A stretch of 64,000 nucleotides of DNA, taken from assembly GCA_023397475.1 (NCBI GenBank), contig JAEWUD010000047.1, positions 3,543-67,542 on the forward strand. Direction: 5' to 3'. The translations under genes and the position numbers were made by a program. The DNA comes from Bacillota bacterium (GTDB lineage Bacteria > Bacillota > Clostridia > Saccharofermentanales > Saccharofermentanaceae). Numbering within the stretch: the first letter of the stretch is position 1; each line of letters opens with the position of its first letter. The notes under the pieces were generated by a model. The model worked only from the letters and a program-made list of their open reading frames with translations. It was not told the DNA's origin and made no database searches. This document shows positions 1 to 7,438 of this stretch, in pieces.

Positions 1-129
1 ACGATTGATTCCAAAAATGCAGAGGAATTTAATCAAACGCTTCTCCATTATTACGATACCGATGACAATGGACCATTGCTCAGTTGTCTTACAAAGTGCA
101 TTAAGAGTCTGGAGCGCAACGCTACATAA
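1..129 (+). CDS. 3' end of a CDS truncated by the window edge; hypothetical protein
   Basis: Frame 1 is open from base 1 to TAA at 127-129 (...NAEEFNQTLLHYYDTDDNGPLLSCLTKCIKSLERNAT*). No family recognised. Confidence 0.3.
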   Translation, partial: TIDSKNAEEFNQTLLHYYDTDDNGPLLSCLTKCIKSLERNAT

Positions 130-211
130 AAAATGTTGGGAAATATCACTATGAGTTCTGTAATATAACCATCGAGGTCAATTAGAAATTCATAAACTGG
201 AGTCAGTCAGA

Positions 212-441
212 ATGAAAAAGAACATCATCAGGGTAATTCTTCTTCTTGCCGCGATTCCGCTTGTTTAGGCGGGATTTTTCTCGTAATATTTGCTAACGAA
301 CTGCGAAGCCTGGCTTTTTTTCGAGAGGTGGACGCGTATGGCATGTACCAGATGACCTATTAAGGGGACTATGGATTTGACGAGTTTCTCAAGGTCGGCG
401 CAGGGTCGGACGAGGAGATCGAGGCGTTTGTAACAAATCGA
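212..441 (+). pseudogene. Disrupted 5' part (membrane anchor plus propeptide) of the downstream Ntn-hydrolase gene
   Basis: ATG at 212 gives MKKNIIRVILLLAAIPLV and stops at TAG 266-268. The hydrophobic segment continues in frame 1 (LGGIFLVIFANELRSLAFFREVDAYGMYQMTY) and then hits an in-frame TAA at 361-363. GDYGFDEFLKVGAGSDEEIEAFV follows and runs into the 442 ORF. Confidence 0.55.
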
Positions 442-1101
442 TTGTTGAAAGGGATGCCGATTGATTTGGCGGTGACGTCGGGAGGATGCTCCGCGTTTGT
501 GGTGCCGGGAGAGAACGGCGAGATTCTTTTCGGGAGAAATTTCGACTTCGGATATTCGCCGTCGATGCAGGTGTTCACGGATCCGGACAACGGATACGCT
601 TCGGTCTCGACGGTGAACCTCTCGTTTCTGCGTTACGACGCGGAGAACTTGCCGGAGGGGATGACGGTCGACGAAGCCGTCGAGTTGCTCGAGAAGTATA
701 ATGTGTACTTTTCGGGCGGATTCTACTGCCATTATCTGATCGGGGATTCCAGCGGCCGATCGGTCATCGTCGAATATTATGACGGCGAAATGCAGGTGAT
801 TGAAGCCGACACGACGTACCAGGCCGTGACGAACTTCATCGCGTACAATGGTCTGAACAATGGGCTGGGCGGCGATGAGTTCGAGCGATATGACAGAGTT
901 CTGCAGGTCAACATGGAGAATAACGGCGTGCTGAACGAGTCGCAGGCGGTGCAATTACTGGCGGATGTCGGCATCCGAAATGAGAAAGAAGACTATCTGC
1001 AGTGGTCCGTCGTCTATAACCTGACAAGCGGCGACAATATCCTTTTCGCCCATCGAAACACGGAGAATCTTCTGCACTCGAGGTTGGAGATGACTTCCTG
1101 A
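442..1101 (+). CDS. Linear amide C-N hydrolase / C45-type (acyl-CoA:6-APA acyltransferase-like) Ntn-hydrolase; the longest intact ORF starts at TTG, and the gene is probably degraded upstream
   Basis: 219-aa ORF with the nucleophile context TSGGCSAFVV...FGRNFDF typical of Ntn hydrolases. The first possible start after the upstream stop is TTG 442. Confidence 0.6.
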   Translation: MLKGMPIDLAVTSGGCSAFVVPGENGEILFGRNFDFGYSPSMQVFTDPDNGYASVSTVNLSFLRYDAENLPEGMTVDEAVELLEKYNVYFSGGFYCHYLIGDSSGRSVIVEYYDGEMQVIEADTTYQAVTNFIAYNGLNNGLGGDEFERYDRVLQVNMENNGVLNESQAVQLLADVGIRNEKEDYLQWSVVYNLTSGDNILFAHRNTENLLHSRLEMTS

Positions 1102-1127
1102 TAGGAGGGGCTTGGATGCTCGTTTCC

Positions 1128-1282
1128 TTCAAAAAACGCTTGACGATTTCTCGTGCCTAGCGTTCTTCTGACATTCATTCGTCATTCAGTAGTATTCTCT
1201 CTGCTTAGCACCAGTAAATCTGTGCGACCTCGGTCACAACGTCACCTTCGACCGTAATCCGGAAAACGAGCCATCTATTTCA
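1128..1282 (-). pseudogene. Relic of the 3' end plus terminator of a paralogue of the lipoprotein gene at 2459-3199
   Basis: 1205-1279 (minus) reads NRWLVFRITVEGDVVTEVAQIYWC*. The intact gene ends ...YWVTVEDDVVTEVKQVYWC*. By eye, roughly 80 percent nt identity over about 66 nt. The flanking hairpin AACGCT...AGCGTT mirrors AACGCC...GGCGTT at 2401-2427. An upstream stop at 1280-1282 truncates the relic. Confidence 0.5.
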
Positions 1283-1380
1283 GCCACATCAGTGTATGCA
1301 CCAAATCTTGCTCGCACAACTAAATCTGCCTATCGACAATGGAGAGCAACAGATGCGTATCGTCCTGCCGGAGGGACGAC

Positions 1381-1680
1381 GTACCGACGAAAACGTCGTC
1401 AGCGACCCGTTTCGTCGGTGCATCAGCGAGTTTCAACACGCGCCGGAGAGGCGGCGCACCGACGAAATCGACATCAGCGGCCCGTTTCGTCGGTGCATCA
1501 ACGAGTTTCAACACGCGCCGGAGGGGAGATGCACCGACGAAAACGTCATCAGCGACCCGTTTCGTCGGTGCATCAGCGAATTTCAACACGCGTCGGGAAG
1601 CTGACGAACCTACTCAACCGCGCTCAACGGACGTTTTAGTAGGTTCGTGCATGAAAAGCCCCGCGTAAAGGGTCGGCGAA
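1381..1680. repeat. Tandem 75-bp hairpin repeat array A (4 units)
   Basis: Units start at 1381, 1456, 1531 and 1606. Each is GCACCGACGAAA + 16-nt loop + GTTTCGTCGGTGC + 34-nt spacer. The fourth unit carries a CCTACTCAA/TTTAGTAGG hairpin instead. Confidence 0.9.
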
Positions 1681-1720
1681 ACCTCATTGGCTAGCGACAA
1701 ATATCGAATGGAGGTTAAAC

Positions 1721-2224
1721 ATGAAGGTCAATGAGTCGGCTACAACCTACTACGATAGTTATGAGACTTTGTACGAGAACGAAGTTGAGGCCTTCTTGAC
1801 GGCGGCAGAATCGGGGGACGAAGAGACACTAATTAAGTTTTTCACGGCATCGCGAAGAGAGGATCCGGAACTTCGCCGGCAAATCTCGGAGCTTATTGCG
1901 GAGTTCCCGGGGCCGGTTGATTCAAGAGAGGAAGCGTTTTTCCCGTCGAAGTCCAGTAATTGGGACGAAGGTTTCGAAAACATGAAATGTGACAGTACCT
2001 TCTATTTTGTTTCGCGCGGTGTGCATTATTATGTAGACCTAACTTGTACGATTGTAAGAGATCGGAATTACGAGGAGGCCGGCATCACGTACGTTGCACT
2101 GTGGTCAGCGGAGGCATTCAGCGAGAAAGATCGCGATCATCCGGAACACGACGGGGTTTATGCGTTCCTTGAGACTGAGGAAGCGAATCAAAGAACATAT
2201 TGTACGTATCCGTCCGGGACGTGA
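1721..2224 (+). CDS. Hypothetical protein (possibly DUF5104-like)
   Basis: 167-aa ORF with RBS GGAGG 7 nt upstream of the ATG. There is no signal peptide. The family assignment is only a weak recollection. Confidence 0.55.
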   Translation: MKVNESATTYYDSYETLYENEVEAFLTAAESGDEETLIKFFTASRREDPELRRQISELIAEFPGPVDSREEAFFPSKSSNWDEGFENMKCDSTFYFVSRGVHYYVDLTCTIVRDRNYEEAGITYVALWSAEAFSEKDRDHPEHDGVYAFLETEEANQRTYCTYPSGT

Positions 2225-2394
2225 GAATGTTGAGTAAGCGGGATTTCGCCTCGAATCGGGGCGCTGAGACTAACAACGGCTTTATACATAAATTCTCATT
2301 CTTTATACTACAAGGTGAATCAGAGTTGGAATTTAGAGATTATATAAAGACTGACTATCTGCAAGAGAGATCTTCCGAGACTAATTTATTTCAA

Positions 2395-2430
2395 ATAAAA
2401 AACGCCAAACGTTTTGCGCTCGGCGTTCTT
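2395..2430. terminator. Bidirectional intrinsic terminator between convergent genes
   Basis: Hairpin AACGCC(2401-2406)...GGCGTT(2422-2427). An A-run lies on the plus-strand side (a T-run for the minus-strand lipoprotein gene) and CTTTTCG lies on the other side. Confidence 0.55.
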
Positions 2431-2458
2431 TTCGTGCATTATAGGTGATCATTCTCAC

Positions 2459-3199
2459 TCAGCACCAGTAAACCTGTTTGACCTCGGTCACGACGTCATC
2501 CTCGACGGTTACCCAGTAGAAGAGGCCTTTCATGACGTAGGAGATGCCGTCCGGATCGACCTTTTCGAGCTCATAGAGCGCGACAAAGTCCTCGTAGGAG
2601 ATTGATTCGGAATCCGGCCAAGTTGCTGTCTGGGAACCGTCGGCGTAATGGATGGCCTCGAGTGGGGTTACAACCAGATCGACGGTGCGCAGTTGCGGGT
2701 TGATATTCTTCATGAAGAACTCGCCGTCCATGTAGTTGTTGACCTCTTCTTCGGCCTCGGCCGGCGTATAGCCTTCGTTGTTGACGAGCCAGTCGATCGC
2801 GTCCTGGCCGGTCAGCATGTCGAAATAATCGAACTTCGCCAGGCCTGTCTCGGGATCAAATGACTTCATTATCGCGTAGCTCGAATACATCGTCGCCGTA
2901 TTCACGACGGGAGGGCGGGTGGTCTCGGAAGGTTCGGTGGGGGTCGGGGCGGCTGTGGTCGCCGCGACTGTTGTCTCGACGGCAATAGTTGCGTCTGCAG
3001 TGGTGGACTCTGCCGTTGTCGGTTCCTCCGTAGTATCCGTGGTCTCTTCCTCGGCGGCCGTTTCTGGCGCTGAGGTCGTGGATTCGTTAGCTACATAATA
3101 GAACTGACAACCAGTCGCGGCGAAAAAAAGTGCAGTACACAGGGAAATTGTTAGGATGATCTTCCGAATGGTCCGGTGATGAAGTACGTTCTTGCTCAT
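2459..3199 (-). CDS. Lipoprotein with a Thr/Ala/Glu-rich linker; hypothetical
   Basis: Start MSKNV at 3199 behind RBS GAGGTGAG. Lipobox-like FFAATGC. Low-complexity TTSAPETAAEEETTDTTEEPTT linker. Confidence 0.7.
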   Translation of the reverse strand: MSKNVLHHRTIRKIILTISLCTALFFAATGCQFYYVANESTTSAPETAAEEETTDTTEEPTTAESTTADATIAVETTVAATTAAPTPTEPSETTRPPVVNTATMYSSYAIMKSFDPETGLAKFDYFDMLTGQDAIDWLVNNEGYTPAEAEEEVNNYMDGEFFMKNINPQLRTVDLVVTPLEAIHYADGSQTATWPDSESISYEDFVALYELEKVDPDGISYVMKGLFYWVTVEDDVVTEVKQVYWC

Positions 3200-3454
3200 C
3201 GGCTCACCTCTTCTCAAATTGATGGCACTCATATTATATCATGATTGCTTGAGGGTGGATGAATATCCTGAGATCTTCGAGTTGGAGGCGACATGATTGA
3301 TACGGGTAGAGGTCAAAAATTTGACAGCAAGTTGAATAAAAAAAAAGTCCTTATTATGGGGGAGGTCGCGCCGCGACTCCGATAAAATTGGAGATTCTTT
3401 TCGCAAACTCCCTGAAGCAGTATATATTCATGAGGTCAGTTGGTTATTCGTTGT

Positions 3455-3550
3455 AATCAATGACAAGCAAACGCCTCGAGGTCTACCCAGAACGAGATTG
3501 TCCGGAATTATAGGTACGCGCCGAACCGGCGCGATTTTTTCGACATCAAT
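3455..3550. repeat. Solo, degenerate copy of the array-B repeat unit upstream of gap
   Basis: Contains ATCAATGACAA (3464-) and TAGGTACGCGCCGAACCGGCGCGATTTTTTCGACATCAATAC. Compare the B unit GTAGGTACGCCGGTCGCCCGGCGCGGGTTTCTTATCAATGAC. Confidence 0.5.
3517..3541 (+). terminator. Orphan intrinsic terminator inside the solo repeat unit
   Basis: Perfect 7-bp GC stem CGCGCCG-aac-CGGCGCG followed by ATTTTTT. No plus-strand CDS lies upstream. Confidence 0.5.
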
Positions 3551-3719
3551 ACAGTTCCGCTAGAGTGTTCGCGCGCCATACTCTATGAGGAAATTTCCAT
3601 ACCACCCCACTCCGACGCATATGAAGGCAGGGGATTCGGAACTTGCAAACATTGTGTAAAATGAACAAGGAAAGGGCTCGTTTTCGTGTCAATTTTTTGT
3701 GTCGTTTGAGAATCAAAGG

Positions 3720-3748
3720 TTGTATTAGACGGGTATTTGCGGTAAAAT
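3720..3748 (+). promoter_or_regulatory. Candidate sigma-A promoter of gap
   Basis: TTGTAT - 17 nt - TAAAAT, about 70 nt upstream of the gap ATG. Confidence 0.35.
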
Positions 3749-3783
3749 CTTTGTGGTGCAAAGTGCACACGTAGTAAATCTAA

Positions 3784-4830
<1,047 letters not shown>

Positions 4831-4854
4831 TTTTCCCTCCCGATAACGTATGAG

Positions 4855-4897
4855 ACCCGCTCCGTCGCGCCGCAAGGCTTGACGGGGCGGGTTTTTC
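4855..4897 (+). terminator. Intrinsic terminator of gap
   Basis: ACCCGCTCCGTC ... GACGGGGCGGGT stem followed by TTTTT. Confidence 0.75.
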
Positions 4898-5105
4898 GTT
4901 GTGCGTTCCGACGGGAGGAAGGCCTGAGGGGCGGGTTTTTTATGAGATCAATCCGCGCGAAAAGCATGGCGAGGCGGGTTATCATTGCGCTCCGTCCGAT
5001 TGCAATGCCTGACTGGGCAGGTTTTCTTATGAGATCAATCCGTGCGAGGATGGAGGTTGTCGGGGTTTGACGATGCGCCGTTGGCCGTACAGTTGGAGGT
5101 CGCCG
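4884..5105. repeat. Degenerate 43-44-bp tandem repeat (about 5 units) related to the 3' half of the array-B unit
   Basis: GGGCGGGTTTTT-type motif recurs at 4891, 4935, 4978, 5021 and 5065. Two units share GGTTTT(T/C)TTATGAGATCAATCCG. This resembles CGGGTTTCTTATCAATGAC of array B. Confidence 0.6.
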
Positions 5106-5289
5106 ATTCTGACATAGCACTATCCGTCGTGCCGTTAGACGTCGTTTGGTTGTTGAACTCTGTTTGTTGTGCGGGCAGGTGACGCCATATTTTGTCTTCA
5201 GCGATAAGTGTTTTATGAGATCCTCTCGAGCCGCCGTCTGAGAGCCATCCATTTGATAATGGTCGCAAGCCAACCGGGTTCACAGGGCC

Positions 5290-5737
5290 AACCTACCCCG
5301 GTACGGGTTTCTTATCAATGACAAACCTACTCAAATGGCCAATTCGTGCATTTGAGTAGGTACACCGGTCGCCCGGCGCACGTTTCTTATCAATGACAAA
5401 CCTACTCAATTGGCTGTTTTGCGCGTTTGAGTAGGTACGCCGACCGCCCGGCGCGGGTTTCTTATCAATGACAAACTTACTCAAATGGCCAATTCGTGCA
5501 TTTGGGTAGGTACGCCGGTCGCCCGGCGCGGGTTTCTTGTCAATGACAAACCTACTCAGATGGCCAATTCGTGGGATTGAGTAGGTACGCCGGTCGCCCG
5601 GCGCGGGTTTCTTATCAATGACAAACCTACTAAATAAGCATCGGAGCGTGTTTTAGTAGGTCAGCCTGCCTTGTGGCGTGCGTTTCTTATCATTGACAAA
5701 CCTACTAAATCGGCCTCTTAGCGTGTTTTAGTAGGTT
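5290..5737. repeat. Tandem 75-bp hairpin repeat array B (6 units)
   Basis: TTTCTTATCA motif at 5308, 5383, 5458, 5533, 5608 and 5683 (exact 75-bp period). Each unit is ATCAATGACAAA + CCTACTCAAA-N15-TTTGAGTAGG + CGCCGG-tcgc-CCGGCG + GGGTTTCTT. Confidence 0.92.
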
Positions 5738-6014
5738 GAACTACTAATCACTCATGAGTGACCTCTGTTTCCCAACAAAAAAGACGATACGCAGGTGTTT
5801 CTCTCCATTATCAAAAGGTAGATCTCTCAGCGCGAGCAAGTGGCTATCAAATTCCGCGATGATGGCTCTATCTACGCGCATATGGTTCTACCCTGACGCA
5901 TTTCGCACCGTACTTGTCCTTTCGAAATGAGAGTTTTCGCGGTATAATAAATATGCCCACGTTTGCGTATATGTTGTACGAAGCGCGGGTAATGATTCAA
6001 AGGAGGACTTACTT

Positions 6015-6506
6015 ATGGCACTTTTTGATCCGAAGGCCAGGACGATTTCACTGCTGCAGCGGGCGATCGAGGAGAAGAACGCGAGCATCAACCGTTATTT
6101 TGACGAAATCGGGCGCCTCTATTACGGTCAATACCGCGATGTCTCGGTCGATGTATCCAAAGACATCAACGCAAGATGTGACGCGATTTCTACATTGTTT
6201 ATTGATATCGAGGCGAACAAGCTGAAGATTCTTTTTGAGAAGGGGCTGAAGCTATGCTCCAGCTGTAAGAGGGAGAATCCTCTTGAGCATGCGTTCTGTT
6301 CCGCATGTGGGACGAAGTTCCCGGAAGGGTCGGATAAGCAGGTTGAGGTTCCGACCTCGTTGCCTCCGGTGCCGCCGACTCTTGTTCCCAAGGGCACTCA
6401 GGCTGCGACGGATATTGCCGCGCATGAAGTTCAGGCGGTTCCGGTTCAATCCGAACCGATTCCCGTGAACGGCGAAGCGCCGGCCAATCCACCGCAGAAT
6501 CTCTGA
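6015..6506 (+). CDS. Zinc-ribbon domain-containing protein
   Basis: CSSC...CSAC zinc-ribbon motif and a Pro-rich tail. RBS AAGGAGG. Confidence 0.7.
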   Translation: MALFDPKARTISLLQRAIEEKNASINRYFDEIGRLYYGQYRDVSVDVSKDINARCDAISTLFIDIEANKLKILFEKGLKLCSSCKRENPLEHAFCSACGTKFPEGSDKQVEVPTSLPPVPPTLVPKGTQAATDIAAHEVQAVPVQSEPIPVNGEAPANPPQNL

Positions 6507-6658
6507 CCGAGGAATTGCCCGACGCAACACTTTAATTGTACCATGAATCCGTTTTTTGCGCAGTGATGAACGTTACGGGTTTTTTTCCTCCGTTACGTAT
6601 AATGGAGGTAAGAATCCTGTAAAGGATTCGCGAAAAGAAGCCGGAAGGAAGTGATTCT

Positions 6659-7198
6659 ATGAAGATCACGACACAGGGTATCGGAATTCACGTCGGACAG
6701 AGATTGGAGGAGAAGATCAGCGATAAGCTCTCGAAATTCAATAAGTACTTCGGAGAAGAGGCTGCTTTTTCCGTCAAGATCCGACCGGAACGCGATGTGA
6801 AGAAGGTTGAGATCACGTTAAGACTTCAGAACCATATCTATCGGGCAGAAGCGAAGGACGAAGAGATTCTCACAGCGGTTGACCGCACGGTGGACAAGCT
6901 CGAGTCGCAGATTCGCCGACAGAAGACAAGAATTCAGAAACAGATTCACGACTATTCCTACATGAAGGAGTACCTCGACGACATCGTACCGGATGCGGAA
7001 GATGAAGAGTACGAGGAGAAGACGATCATCAAGCGCAAGACTTTCGCTCTGGTTCCGATGACATCGGACGACGCGGTTTTGCAGATGGAAATGCTCGGAC
7101 ACAGCTTTCTGGTATATCTGGACGCTGAGACCGGAAATGTCTGTGTTGTGTATAAACGCAAGGACGGCAACTATGGTCTGATCGAACCTACCTATTGA
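6659..7198 (+). CDS. hpf: Ribosome hibernation-promoting factor, long form
   Basis: 179 aa. N-terminal sigma-54-modulation/S30EA fold and the C-terminal dimerisation domain ...MEMLGHSFLVYLDAETGNVCVVYKRKDGNYGLIEP. Confidence 0.92.
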   Translation: MKITTQGIGIHVGQRLEEKISDKLSKFNKYFGEEAAFSVKIRPERDVKKVEITLRLQNHIYRAEAKDEEILTAVDRTVDKLESQIRRQKTRIQKQIHDYSYMKEYLDDIVPDAEDEEYEEKTIIKRKTFALVPMTSDDAVLQMEMLGHSFLVYLDAETGNVCVVYKRKDGNYGLIEPTY

Positions 7199-7347
7199 TG
7201 TTTTATCTTTAACCTTTTGAACTTTTGAATGAACCTTTGCTTGATTTCGAATTGCTGAGAAAGGAAGGCTAGGGAGTATATCGATTCCGATACTTGACTG
7301 ATTTCGGTTTTTGATGAATTTCTGTTACTGCCGTTCGATGCGTGATA

Positions 7348-7384
7348 AGAGAGGGTGATCCTACAAAGGGTCACCCTCTTTTTA
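7348..7384 (+). terminator. Intrinsic terminator downstream of hpf
   Basis: AGAGGGTGA-12 nt-TCACCCTCT followed by TTTTT. Confidence 0.7.
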
Positions 7385-7393
7385 TGGTATAAT
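7385..7393 (+). promoter_or_regulatory. Extended -10 element (TGGTATAAT), candidate pcrA promoter
   Basis: TGnTATAAT match directly after the hpf terminator, about 45 nt upstream of the proposed pcrA start. Confidence 0.35.
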
Positions 7394-7438
7394 AAACCGG
7401 CAAAAATCATAAATTACCGATGCTACGGAGGACATATT

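Noticed and set aside
1292-1668. Four overlapping ORFs (89-115 aa, both strands) across array A, and similar ORFs across arrays B and C, as repeat proteins
   Set aside because: They stay open only because the 75-bp period is a multiple of three. They have no RBS and give arginine-rich or low-complexity translations in every frame. The DNA-level palindromes explain the pattern better.
2200-2448. An 82-aa plus-strand ORF after the 1721-2224 gene
   Set aside because: It overlaps the upstream gene end, runs through the bidirectional terminator at 2395-2430, and has no RBS and an AT-rich low-information sequence.
5035-5283. An 82-aa minus-strand ORF with a Ser/Thr/Asn-rich middle between the two gap-downstream repeat blocks
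   Set aside because: It has no RBS, no signal peptide and no recognisable domain, and it overlaps another spurious ORF. It may be a decayed gene remnant but I cannot support it.
7355-7438. The upstream ATG at 7355 as the pcrA start
   Set aside because: This segment contains the hpf terminator hairpin, its T-tract and an extended -10 element. TTG 7439 has a GGAGGA RBS.
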